The notes below the pieces were generated by a model. The model had not been told where the DNA came from and made no database searches. It saw only the letters and a list, made by a program, of their open reading frames with translations. From Octopus bimaculoides (Eukaryota), in assembly GCF_001194135.2 (NCBI RefSeq), contig NC_068988.1, positions 45,539,692 to 45,597,968 of the forward strand: a DNA stretch of 58,277 nt, read 5' to 3'. Below are positions 36,382 to 49,465 of this stretch, one piece after another. Numbering within the stretch: position 1 is the stretch's first letter; every line of letters begins with the position of its first letter. Both the position numbers and the translations under genes were made by a program.

Positions 36382-36769
36382 GTGTGTGTGTGTGTGTTTG
36401 ATTTATTAGAATCTTCATTATCTATTACTAATAATTATTTGGAGTTTATTGTATGCTTAGCCTCAAATTTTTCTCAACCAATTTTTGCAACTAGCGAATT
36501 TTCAGTTTCTGGTAAATTATATCACTCTATTTTCGGTATTGAGTCCTTTCTCTTTGCTCTCAGGTTTAGATTTACCTAAACCTATACGTGTTTACATCTT
36601 GACTCTAACCTGTACAATGCATGCATACACACATACATACATACATACATACATACATACATACATACACACATAAATATGTGTATACATACAGCTATCA
36701 TTTTGTCTCCAATGAAATCAATCTCGTTTAACTAAATGCTCACTTTATACAACTCTCTCCTTTTCTACT

Positions 36770-37083
36770 AAATTCCTATATATTCTACATCTCTCACTCT
36801 CGCCTCTTTTTCTTTCCCCCCCCCCATTCTTTCTCCCCCCTCTCTCTCTGTATCACTCTCTAGCTCTCTCCCCAGTCTATCATACTCTCCTGTCTTTCTC
36901 TCTCCAGTACATTTGTTAAATATGTGACAACTAAACATTGTCTCACTTGCCACCTTTTACTCTCATTCATACTCTCTTTCTTTCTTTCTTTCTTTCTTTC
37001 TTCCTTCCTTCCTTCCTTCCTTCTTTTCTTTCTTTCTTTCTTTCTTTCTTCCTTCCTTCCTTCTTTCCTTCCTTCCTTCCTTC

Positions 37084-37129
<46 letters not shown>

Positions 37130-37200
37130 ACCCTCTTCCTCTTTCTTATGCTCTTTCTTCTCTCTCTTCTTCTCTTCATACATTTGGTCCTTATACCATT

Positions 37201-37263
<63 letters not shown>

Positions 37264-37637
37264 NNNNNNNNNNNNNNNNNNNNNNNNNNNNNNNNNNNNN
37301 NNNNNNNNNNNNNNNNNNNNNNNNNNNNNNNNNNNNNNNNNNNNTCTCTCTCTGCTTCTTTCTGTATCCTTTTTTCTGTGCCTCTTCTTAGCTTTTCATG
37401 TTATATCTTCTCTCACACAAATTGTGCCATTTCCTACTCTCCCTCTTCTCTCCCAAACATTTTTTTCATTATTCAATGCTTATTCCCTGTCGGTTTCCTC
37501 TTTCTCCTATAAACTTTCTCATTATTTCATGTTCACACTTCTTTTCTTTCTCTCTCTCTCACAAAGTCTCAATCTTTTTCATGTTCACATTTACTACCTC
37601 TCCTCTCTCTCTCTCTTTTTCTCTCTCTCTCTTTTTC

Positions 37638-37668
<31 letters not shown>

Positions 37669-37830
37669 TTCTCTGCAATATTCCAGGACATTCTCTACTT
37701 GTTTGCACCTAATTATTAGTGTTACTGTCTGCCCCTCTCTTGCATTCTCTGTCTCTCTCTTACTTTCTCTCAGCATTCTACTTCTCTCACCCCTATGCTC
37801 TCCCTCTTCCTCTCCCTTCCAGTCCCTTAG
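36770..37830. repeat. ~1-kb polypyrimidine (CT/CTTT/CCTT) tract
   Basis: Direct inspection. Confidence 0.92.
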
Positions 37831-37959
37831 TCTCTGCCACTACTATTCCAGTATATTCTACACAAGTCAGTTCTCAACTAGCCATATGGACATTTTTTTT
37901 TTTATTACCACACTAATCACTTTACCCATTAATAATGCAATTGTGGCTGCTATGGAACA

Positions 37960-38341
37960 AAAAAAAAACACACACTCACACACACTAACACACATTCACA
38001 CACATTCACACATGCTCATGCACATACCACACAAGCATGCATGCACATATCTTGCTATAGACACGCACGTACCTGCCACATATACACATACTCACATATA
38101 TCTCTTCATGCACACACAAACATCACACACACGCATATAAGCATCACATGCGCACAAACACTCACGCACACAAATCCCATCATAGGCATACATACAATGT
38201 ATATATACATACACACATATATATATATGAATATATATATATGCATACATATACATACATACATGTATACATACATATATACATACTCACACACACACAC
38301 ACACACATACATACACACACAAATCCCACCATATGCATACA

Positions 38342-38386
<45 letters not shown>

Positions 38387-38838
38387 NNNNNNNNNNNNNN
38401 NNNNNNNNNNNNNNNNNNNNNNNNNNNNNNNNNNNNNNNNNNNNNNNNNNNNNNNNNNNNNNNNNNNNNNNNNNNNNNNNNNNNNNNNNNNNNNNNNNNN
38501 NNNNNNNNNNNNNNNNNNNNNNNNNNNNNNNNNNNNNNNNNNNNNNNNNNNNNNNNNNNNNNNNNNNNNNNNNNNNNNNNNNNNNNNNNNNNNNNNNNNN
38601 NNNNNNNNNNNNNNNNNNNNNNNNNNNNNNNNNNNNNNNNNNNNNNNNNNNNNNNNNNNNNNNNNNNNNNNNNNNNNNNNNNNNNNNNNNNNNNNNNNNN
38701 NNNNNNNNNNNNNNNNNNNNNNNNNNNNNNNNNNNNNNNNNNNNNNNNNNNNNNNNNNNNNNNNNNNNNNNNNNNNNNNNNNNNNNNNNNNNNNNNNNNN
38801 NNNNNNNNNNNNNNNNNNNNNNNNNNNNNNNNNNNNNN

Positions 38839-38891
<53 letters not shown>

Positions 38892-40380
38892 ACACACAGA
38901 CACACACATGCATATATCTATCTGCACATACACATATACATCTCACTATACAAGCCCAGACATAAGCACACACATGACAAATGATACACTATACATACAC
39001 ATCATATTCTGAACACATGCAAACACATATATACATGTTCACATTATGAATTTACTTTACAGGCACATCATACTTTGTACACAAGCATACACATATACAA
39101 AAACCACAGTTCATATACTCATTGTACATCATATTCTCTTTCTCTTTCTCTCTCGCTCTCTCTCTGTTTCCTCTTTATCTATCTTTCTTTCTTTCTCTCA
39201 CACACGTGCACACTGTACATACTGACAAAAACACCAACACACATACATGTATACAGATTATACCATATACACATACACACTTCTTCACATACACTTCACA
39301 CACATACACTTCTTTGCACACACACACACACACTTCTTCACACACACATACAAACAAAAGAAATTATAGCACTTAAACATATAGAAATCAAGATATACAC
39401 ATATAATATCATATAAATATATGCATATATACATTTATGCGTATGTATATATGTATATGCATATGTATGAACACGCATATATGCTGCATTATACAAATTA
39501 GTGTTACTTGCTTTACACACTTCTTGTCTCATATACTGTAATACATACGTCCCTGTACATTCACAGACACACATACACGTACACACACATGCACACACAC
39601 TTGCACAGGCACACATACACACATTTACCCTGAACACACACACACACACAAAGTAACACACATACATAAACACACACACACACACAAAGTCATGCACATA
39701 CATACATACACACACACACATATTTACTCCCCACACACACACATTTCCTCACACCTCAGCTTAGCTTTACATGAAGCCTTAGCAGGTAACCACACACATG
39801 GCCACACACATTGATATAGTCATTTAATAACATGTGTTTGCAAATTGATGAATTCACATATATGCGCACACTTAAAAACAAATGCATGCACACATACTCA
39901 CACACTGTTGCATACACATAAATTCTTATATGCCAACACATACATTCACACATACAAACACACACATACACATATGTATAGACACATACACATAAAATGC
40001 CACAAACATAAAGGTGCATAGTTGCAAATGCTTGCACATGTTTACACAACAATAGATCAGTTTAAACATACATAAACGCACAAACATCCACAATATGTAC
40101 AAACACTCTATTAGATACACATAAATTCTCATACACGCAAACACACATCCCATAGAATATGCACACATGCACAAACATGTACTGTAACATACTGACACAC
40201 ACACATGCACTTATCCTGTAACATACATACTCGCACCTACTGTCTAATACATACACATAAATTCGCCCACACACATGCACATATAAGCAAGCATGCACAC
40301 ATACATACATACACAAACTTGAACATACACATAAGGACATACAGACACACATATACATGCATAGATTTACAAAAGTGCAA
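37960..40380. repeat. ~2.4-kb cryptically simple CA/TA-rich tract (includes a gap)
   Basis: Direct inspection; source of many spurious His/Thr and Val/Cys ORFs. Confidence 0.9.
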
Positions 40381-40916
40381 AATAACACGAAATATTTTCA
40401 TTAAAATATAATTTGTAAAAATAGTGTAACCGATCAAATTTGTTTCCAATTAATTTTTTTGTTGGGGGTTAATGAGACAGAAAGCTAAAATAACTCATTA
40501 ACAGCTAATGAAGCCAAGGAATCAGTCATGGTCAGCTATTGTCAGCTGTTGTCAGCAGCAGGTGAACAGACTGTAACTGGAGTTCATTTAATACTGGTGT
40601 GGTTGTGAGTCTCATGATGGCTCTGGGTCACAGGGGGAACATATGTCAGCATTACATCTAAAGCCAATAGCCATGCTGGAGCCCACCTCTTGAACTAGTA
40701 AAATGATTATATTACACTACCAATTACTTCTAGAAAGTCTTCTTTGTCATTTGGTTATAGAGCCCACTAGATATAGCAGTCAAATTTCTTTCAAATAACA
40801 CTATATTATTTTTAAATTGAATGGTGCATTAGATCAGGGGTTCTCAACCATTTTTATCTATGGGCCCGTGATTCCTATTTTATTCTGGTGGACCACTAAA
40901 GCCATTCGATGTTTAA

Positions 40917-41136
40917 CCCTTTAACATTCAAACCGGCCATATCCAGCCTAAATATTCTACCTATTTTGTATTCAAAATGAGCAGATCTGGCCTTTCACGA
41001 CTACCCTGAAATGTCATTCTAAAAATAAACAATCACATCATTGAAATCTGAAAGCTATGAGATAATGCATGATTAATTCAAAACAATTTGAAAGATCAAG
41101 CATTACATTTGACTGAGTAATCTGAACGTTAAAGGG
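40917..41136. mobile_element. piggyBac-like MITE, best-preserved copy
   Basis: TTAA-ccctttaacattca ... tgaacgttaaaggg-TTAA. Confidence 0.88.
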
Positions 41137-41200
41137 TTAAAAACTAGTTTTATAGAAACTTCTTTCAAATTTCCAATTTTGTTATTCACACATCTGTGTA

Positions 41201-41642
41201 GGCATAGGAGTGACTGTGTGGTAAGTAGCTTGCTTACGAACCACATGGTTCCGGGTTCAGTCCCACTGCGTGGCACCTTGGGCAAGTGTCTTCTACTATA
41301 GCCTCAGGCCGACCAAAGCCTTGTGAGTGAATTTGGTAGACGAAAACTGAAAGAAGCCCGTCGTATATATGTATATGTNNNNNNNNNNNNNNNNNNNNNN
41401 NNNNNNNNNNNNNNNNNNNNNNNNNNNNNNNNNNNNNNNNNNNNNNNNNNNNNNNNNNNNNNNNNNNNNNNNNNNNNNNNNNNNNNNNNNNNNNNNNNNN
41501 NNNNNNNNNNNNNNNNNNNNNNNNNNNNNNNNNNTATGTTTTGTTTGCAATGTCCTGTACCCAGATATGCACCTATATATACAGGTAGACGTAGGTATGC
41601 ACACACCTGTACGTATATATGCATATACTCATTTATTATTTG

Positions 41643-41705
<63 letters not shown>

Positions 41706-41944
41706 GTGTGTGTGTATATGTTTGTGTGTGTATATGTTTGTGTGTCTGTGTTTGTCCCTCCAACATCACTTTACAACCAATGCTGGTGTGTTTATGTCCT
41801 CATAACTTAGCGGTTCGGCAAAAGAGCCAGATAGAATAAGTACTAGGCTTACAAAGAATAAGTCCTGGGGTCGATTTGCTCGACTAAAGGTGGTGCTCCA
41901 GCATGGCCACAGTCACATGACTGAAACAAGTAAAAGAGTAAAAG
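41201..41944 (+). mobile_element. SINE family A, full length (central gap)
   Basis: Near-consensus head and tail. Confidence 0.9.
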
Positions 41945-42415
41945 TGTATATAAAATGTTAGAGAAAGAAAAATACTTGTTTCTTGCATTACATGACAATA
42001 CATACACACCTAAAGAAAAACTTTTTCAGGGGCCCTTAAAATATTCTTATGGGTCCTCAATTTACTATATTGTTGCGTGGACCTCTCCCCCCAAATCTTA
42101 TATGGACCCCAGTTGAGAACCACTGCATTCGATAATGTCTGTCTCAAGGCTAAAAGCTCATGAGACTGGAATCTTATCAGAATTGTCAAAGCTGAATGTA
42201 CAAAAATTACCCCTGAATAAGATGCCAGACCATTGCAGGGTTAATCACAGTACTTCTGATACTTTTTTTTCATTAAATGTACTAGAGTAACATGAAATGA
42301 AGTACCTTGATGAAGGACATAGCATGATGCCCTGTTCTACACCTGATGTGATGATTAGCAGCTCAATATCTTAATCACCAATCTCCATACCTTATCTAAA
42401 GTAACATAATCCTGA

Positions 42416-42485
<70 letters not shown>

Positions 42486-42666
42486 TTTTAATGTCTGTTT
42501 TCCATGCTGGCATGGGTTGGAGNNNNNNNNNNNNNNNNNNNNNNNNNNNNNNNNNNNNNNNNNNNNNNNNNNNNNNNNNNNNNNNNNNNNNNNNNNNNNN
42601 NNNNNNNNNNNNNNNNNNNNNNNNNNNNNNNNNNNNNNNNNNNNNNNNNAAGTAACATAATCCTGA

Positions 42667-42699
<33 letters not shown>

Positions 42700-42721
<22 letters not shown>

Positions 42722-43125
42722 TTTTAATGTCTGTTTTCCATGCTGGCATGGGTTGGAGGGTTTGATTAGAGATGGTAAGGCCAGAGGCTGCAACAGGCCC
42801 CATTGTCTGTTCTGGCATGGTTTCTATGGCTGGATGCCCTTCCTAACACCAACTTCACCAACTTCTCCACAGAGTGCACTGGGTGCTTTTTATGTGGACC
42901 AACACCAGTGCTTTTTATGTGGCACCAGCACTGGTATCAATTCTACTGTGTCAGACAGATGTTCTTGCATACAGCAATGCACCAGATATATTGGTCTCTC
43001 AGTCATCTCCTTCGTAAGGCTTTTTGCCTTGAGATCAGCCTTCAATACTTCATCCTATGTCTTCCTGGATCTCCCTCATCTACAAGTTCCAACCACTTCA
43101 AGTGATAGTCCTGTAAGCATGGGGT
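42700..43125 (-). mobile_element. RTE-clade LINE 3' end
   Basis: Family C tail plus minus-strand GTCR*GRSRKT*DEVLKADLKAKSLTKEMT. Confidence 0.8.
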
Positions 43126-44159
43126 CAGAGAAAAAATGAGATAGCCATGATTGTATGATTTTGATTATAGGTATGTTCGAAGCAGGACCTATTTGGAGTT
43201 AAACAACAGCAACAGACATGACTCTATTAGTTTTGTACAGAGGTCAACTATATCAAAACTTATGTAGGGATAAAAACAACTACCCATTTGCTACCAGGCG
43301 AGCTGGTCTGTTGAGAATTCTCTGGGTTATGGATCCAGTATAATACCAGTCATAAGTATTGAACTATCGACACTGTAAAACTATTAGATATTTATAGGAA
43401 TCACTGGGAGAAAGTACTGTGGGGCATCTTTAGCATGAATCATAGATAGTCAGTGCTAAGATGTATGATGTAGTGAACCTAAAATGTTCAATAAATTAAA
43501 ATTACAGCAATGCGAAAATGAAAAAGAACACACAATATTTTAATGATTAATTCAGGTCAAGGAATATAGGGAAGACATCTCTAAAATTTAGATTATTTAA
43601 AATTGATTAGAATTCATTTATAGTCGAATTTTAATTTTGGTGGCTGGAGGAAGGGGTGGTGATTATAAGCTTTTGTGCTTTCTCCAAGACTAATGAAACT
43701 AATGTCATTAATATTCTGTTTAATTTGTTGCAAGTTAACCCCTGCAAGAATAGCAAGAGTAGGAAGGCGATTTTAGAGGGCCAATGTTCTAGGGTCCATT
43801 CTAAGGAACAGAATAGGTGTTAGTGAGGATCTTTGTGATTTTCGTCACTATTTACAATTTTGTTCCAATTGTTTTCAAATTTGGTACACGGGTCAAGTTT
43901 TGTATACAAATTATGAAAATGAAATTCATTTTCCCTTTAAGACCATAATAAAAAAGTTATCAACCTTTAAAATGTGCAAAATTTGGGTATTTTAGCCAAT
44001 CAGAAGTGAGTATTTTAGACTTCACTGTGGCGAAGAAGTCTATTTCTCTAGTAACCAAAGCAAAGAAGTACCACGTGTTCTATAGCTGATTGTGAAGAAT
44101 TCTGTTTCTATAGTAACCAAAGATGCTGTGCAGGCACACAAGGAGTGTAACCATCACTT

Positions 44160-44325
44160 GTTGTATAATTGTTTATTTTCAGATCAGATGGAACTCACAT
44201 TCAACAAACTGAATGTATCTGGCATGGTTGACTCGTATATTCGTGAATTTATGTGGAGAAGGAGATATGAGAAAAATAATTTATTTTGTAAAATCCTAGA
44301 GTGCATTGCAAACTTTCGTTCTTGA
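44160..44325 (+). mobile_element. Probable Merlin (IS1016/ISXO2-like) transposase C-terminal remnant
   Basis: SGMVDSYIREFMWRRRYEKNNLFCKILECIA resembles the 'DSYL.EFMWR' C-terminal motif; catalytic core absent. Confidence 0.55.
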
Positions 44326-44559
44326 ATTCTTTTAACTAATAAATATTTGTTTTAAACTATGCATTGACTGTTATTTCTAGCAACTCCTGTTGGCTTGTTC
44401 ATAGCTTTTAAATATTTAATTTGCTCGTGAATATTTTAATATTAACTTTGCTTGTGTATATTTTAGTGTTTTGACTGTTATTTCTAGCAACTCTTGTTGG
44501 TTTGTCTGTTTGCAGCTTTTAGATATTTAATTTGCTTGTGTAGCTAGTTGAATGTTTTG

Positions 44560-44900
44560 ACATGCTGATGCATGGACGGTTGTTATACAAAGATGCTTAG
44601 AATGACATTTAATGTCTCCTGGAAGAGTCATATAACGAGTGCCAACTTATACCAGGGACTACCAAAAGTAACATTGAAGATACAGCATAGAAGGATGAGG
44701 CTGGCTGGACACTGCATCAGACGCACTGATGAAATTGCTGACAAGCTAGTGCTCTGGCAACCAACAGTAGAAAGAACCAGGAGAAGAAGGAGGAAGATGA
44801 CCTATAACTCGCTGGAGGATAATGCTATGGAAGGGGTACAGGAGCTGAGGACCATTATGGAAGATCGAGATGAGTGGTGAAAACATGGGGAAATAGTCTT
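44560..44900 (+). mobile_element. RTE/RTEX-like LINE RT C-terminal fragment
   Basis: DGCYTKMLRMTFNVSWKSHIT...LYQGLPKVTLKIQHRRMRLAGHCIR...KLVLWQP...LRTIMEDRDEW. Confidence 0.85.
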
Positions 44901-45043
44901 GGGGTGTCCTGAGGAATGACCTAGATAGAGACAGATAAATGACACATTAAAAAAACTTTTCTAAAGATAATTGTAAACAGAGACAAAAACCTCAAAGATC
45001 TGTTTGTGAGGAGCTTGGAAAACTATGGAGATGAACTATGGAG

Positions 45044-45285
45044 AAGGCGGCGAGCTGGCAGAAACGTTAGCACACTGGGCGAAATGTTTGTCCCCCACCT
45101 ACACAACTTGACAACCAGTGTCGGTTTGTTTATGTCCCTATAACTTTGGGGCTCAGCAAAACAGTTCAATAGAATAACAACCAGACCAGTTTAAAATATG
45201 AACTGGGATCATTTTGATCAACTAAACGCTTCAAGGTGGTGCTCCAGCATGGCCACAGTCCAATAACTGAAGCAAGTGAGAGAGA
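45044..45285 (+). mobile_element. Chimeric SINE: family B head joined to family A tail
   Basis: 'aaggcggcgagctggcagaaacgttagcacactgggcgaaat' directly followed by 'gtttgtcccccacc...ggtgctccagcatggccacagtc'. Confidence 0.7.
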
Positions 45286-45928
45286 AAGAAAAAAAAAAGC
45301 TTCCATGATATATTGCAGAACTATAAAACAATAGTATTTGTCTGTATATGTTCATTTATTTGCTTATGAGGTTATATTAATTGATGTTTAATTGCATTTG
45401 TTCTGTTTAATTTCATTTATTTTCTACTTAAGTGGTTCCTGAATATATTCATTACATCAAAGTGGTCAACAGAAAAAAAAGAAAAACAGTTGTGAATCCC
45501 TGACCTACAGTAATAGCTTGAAATATTTCTCTCTTGTACTCTAAACCAGCTGTCTTCAATATCTATGACAGGTTTCCTGCTGCTACAACATTCAGGTGAT
45601 TTGATATTATCCATTGAAAAACCTCTGGCAATGAAATAAACTGAAGACATAACTGAAGTATATAACATAACAAAATAAGTGTGAGTGAATTGTTTGTTTC
45701 CATTAAGACAAAATATTATTTGAGGAAGATATGACTGCTATTTCTTGTAGTTTCAGTGACCATATAGAGCTTCCCTCAGTATTACATTGACTGCAGTCAT
45801 CCACCTAGGCAACGACACTCTCAAATTTAGGCAATGTATTTCTCACTCACTCACTTTTTCTTCTCTTCTCTTGGTACTTTTATCTTTCCCTTTTCCTGTT
45901 TGTCACCCTGTGTCTTTCTCTGTCTCTC

Positions 45929-45929
<1 letters not shown>

Positions 45930-46001
<72 letters not shown>

Positions 46002-46074
46002 TTAACTATCTATCTATCTAACTATCTAACTATCTGTCTGTCCGTCCGTCCGTCTGAATGTCTGTCTGTGTGTA

Positions 46075-46107
<33 letters not shown>

Positions 46108-46218
46108 GTCTGTCTGTCTGTCTATCTATATGTCTTTCTATCTATCTATCTGCCTACCTAGCTACCCATCTATCTATCCATCTCTCTCTCTCTTTCTCTC
46201 TTTCTCTCTCTCTCTCCC
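45930..46218. repeat. (CTAT)n/(CTGT)n/(CT)n compound microsatellite
   Basis: Direct inspection. Confidence 0.95.
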
Positions 46219-46221
46219 CTC

Positions 46222-46365
46222 ATCACACATCCTGTGACCTCTGCAGCAACTCTACATCCCATGTTTCTCCTGTTCTCTTTAGTCCATTCAGAGAGAATGG
46301 ACTAAACAGAACAGGAGGTGATATGTGAGATGGAAGGTTGTTGAAGGGGTCACAGGGTGCGTGAT
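46222..46365. repeat. Long imperfect inverted repeat (~70-bp arms), candidate pri-miRNA
   Basis: Core 46267-46317 pairs 22 of 23 bp around a 5-nt loop; outer arms cctgtgacc / ggtcacagg. Confidence 0.9.
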
Positions 46366-46591
46366 AAAAGATTTTCAGACAAAGGACAATAAAGTAAGAA
46401 CAATAATAAATCTGATGTGAAGAATGAATATATTTAGAACAAATGTATTTATATAAAGAACGAATGTATTTATTTGACAAAAAAAAATGACTGTCCCAAA
46501 ATATAACAATAATTATTAATGAAATAACCTTTAGTTAGCAGGTGAAGTGTTTTCTTTCTTCCAAATAATAATAATAATAATAATAATAATG

Positions 46592-46663
<72 letters not shown>

Positions 46664-46788
46664 GTAATAATGATAATAATAATAGTAGTAGTAATAACAA
46701 CAACAATAATATTAACCCTTTCTACTATAGGCACAAGGCCTGAAATTTGTGGAAGAGGGAACACACACACACACACAGACACGCATAT

Positions 46789-46833
<45 letters not shown>

Positions 46834-47216
46834 CTGAGAGGCATAGCTCTGTGGTAAGGAGTTCATATCCCAACTAAATGGTTTTGGATTCTGTCCCACT
46901 GCATGACACATTAGGCAAGTATCTTTTACAGTAAGCGTTACACTGGGCCAAACTTTGTGAGTAGATTTGGTAGACAGAAGCCGAAAGAAATATGTGTGTG
47001 TGTTATATTGTCTGTAATGTGTTATATTGTCTCCATGCCATGATATCATGTAAAACTTGTAAGCAAGTGTCTCCATCATCCAAGTAGTGTGTTTCATTTC
47101 TCATCTGGTCATAGGGAAAAATATTCCCTTACTCGGCATCTGACAATAAAAAATATCTCTCAACAGATTCTGTGTCTGAACCAAGTGAACATGAAAAATG
47201 AGACATTAAAACAATG

Positions 47217-47253
<37 letters not shown>

Positions 47254-47324
47254 AATATATACATATGTGTGTGTGTGTATGTATGTAGGTATATACACGC
47301 ATTATATGATGCATGTCTATCATC

Positions 47325-47945
47325 ATCATCATCATCATCGTTTAACGTCCGTTTTCCATGCTAGCATGGGTTGGACGATTTGACTGAGGACTGGTGAAAC
47401 CAGATGGCTACACCTGGCTCCAATCTGATTTGGCAGAGTTTCCACAGCTGGATACCCTTCCTAATGCCAACCACTCAGAGAGTGTAGTGGGTGCCTTTAC
47501 GTGCCACCGGCACGAAGGCCAGTCAGGCGGTACTGGCAACGGCCACTCTCAAAATGGTATATTTTACGTGCCACCCGCACAAGAGCCAGTCCAGGGGCAC
47601 TGGCAACGGTCTCGCTCGAAAATCCTTACACATGTCACAGGCACAAGTGCCAAAAAGGCAACGCTGGGCACAGGTGCTATCCTGATTTCGCTTTCGCTTG
47701 CCCCAATAAGTCTTCGCAAGCTGAGTTTCGTGTCCAATGAAGGAAACGACGTTGGCATGGGTGCCAGTCGTCGAATTTAGTTCGATTTCGATTTCACTTG
47801 CCTCTACAAGTCTTCGCAAGCGGAGTTTAGTGTCTAATGTAGGTAAGGTACGCATAAGTGGGCTGGCTACACCCCTGGCAGAGGCCTTGGATTTAGGTCT
47901 CACTTGGCTTGCCGGGTCTTCTCACGCACAGCATATTTCCAATAT
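47325..47945 (-). mobile_element. RTE-tail (family C) element, long well-preserved copy with an internal ~60-bp duplication
   Basis: CpG-rich; matches 14951-15262; 'gatttcg...aagtcttcgcaagc.gagttt.gtgtc.aatg.agg' occurs twice. Confidence 0.75.
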
Positions 47946-47994
47946 ATATATATTGTGCTAGTGCCACATATTAAGAACTAAGTCCACTTTGCTG

Positions 47995-48140
47995 GTTGGT
48001 TGGTGTTAGGAAGGGCATCCAGCTGTAAAAATCCTACTAAAACAGTTACAGAAGTTTGGTGCAGACTTCTGGCTGGCCGGCTCCTGTCATGCCATCCCAT
48101 CCATGCCAGCATGGAAGGCAGACATTAAATGATGATGATG
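47995..48140 (+). mobile_element. RTE-LINE 3' tail (family C)
   Basis: 'gttggtgttaggaagggcatccagctgt...ccatgccagcatggaaggcagacattaaatgatgatg'. Confidence 0.8.
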
Positions 48141-48255
48141 AAGATGGTGATGGTATGTGTATGTGTGTGTATATATATATATATATATATCATTATATGT
48201 ATAAATATATATAATATATAATGTCTATATGCATGTATATATATATATATATATG

Positions 48256-48326
<71 letters not shown>

Positions 48327-48788
48327 TATGTATGTATATGTATATACATATATATTGATGGACACACAGAGACATATACACACATACATATACACCCACA
48401 CACAAAAATAAGCAATATTACTCATGTACCACCCCACGTACGTCATGTAATTCCAAAATATTTCAATTCAGTGGATTTTTTCAACAATATTTATGTATTT
48501 TATATTTTTTTAAATTTTTCTTTTACCTCCTCTTTTTTTCTCTTTGTTTTGACTTTGATTTTTTGGTGGGTTTGTTTATGTATTCCATTTATTTCACCCT
48601 GTTTTTTTCTTTTTCTTTTATATGTTCTGTATCTTTTTCTCACTATTTCTCTAATGGTACGTGATACAAAACATGTTAGAACTTTCTCGGCAATAAAAGC
48701 ATGACTGACATATATTTATGCTTTCATATATGTTTATATCCATATTTCTGTATATCTATATCTATATCTATCTATCTATCTATCTAGC

Positions 48789-48859
<71 letters not shown>

Positions 48860-49195
48860 NNNNNNNNNNNNNNNNNNNNNNNNNNNNNNNNNNNNNNNNN
48901 NNNNNNNNNNNNNNNNNNNNNNNNNNNNNNNNNNNNNNNNNNNNNNNNNNNNNNNNNNNNNNNNNNNNNNNNNNNNNNNNNNNNNNNNNNNNNNNNNNNN
49001 NNNNNNNNNNNNNNNNNNNNNNNNNNNNNNNNNNNNNNNNNNNNNNNNNNNNNNNNNNNNNNNNNNNNNNNNNNNNNNNNNNNNNNNNNNNNNNNNNNNN
49101 NNNNNNNNNNNNNNNNNNNNNNNNNNNNNNNNNNNNNNNNNNNNNNNNNNNNNNNNNNNNNNNNNNNNNNNNNNNNNNNNNNNNNNNNNNNNNNN

Positions 49196-49295
<100 letters not shown>

Positions 49296-49395
49296 TTGTA
49301 CATATATTTATTTATATATACACATATACACATATATTTGTCCAACCCATGCAAGCATGAATGGACAAAAATTGATGATGGTGATGATATTACAG

Positions 49396-49465
<70 letters not shown>

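Larger units (their letters stand above)
40835..42125. mobile_element. hAT-like element with a nested piggyBac MITE and SINE A
   Basis: TIRs caggggttctcaac / gttgagaaccactg; flanks cattagat / cattcgat (7 of 8 match). Confidence 0.8.

Noticed and set aside
36860-38140. 400-aa plus ORF and Lys/Glu/Arg-rich minus ORFs
   Set aside because: Translations of CT/CTTT microsatellites spanning a gap
42409-42760. ~115-bp tandem duplication around (CAT)n
   Set aside because: Identical sequence on both sides of an N gap; assembly artefact
45417-45668. 83-aa minus ORF and an overlapping 46-nt plus-strand exon-like segment (AVFNIYDRFPAATTF)
   Set aside because: No homology recognised; splice sites only moderate; cannot be linked to other exons
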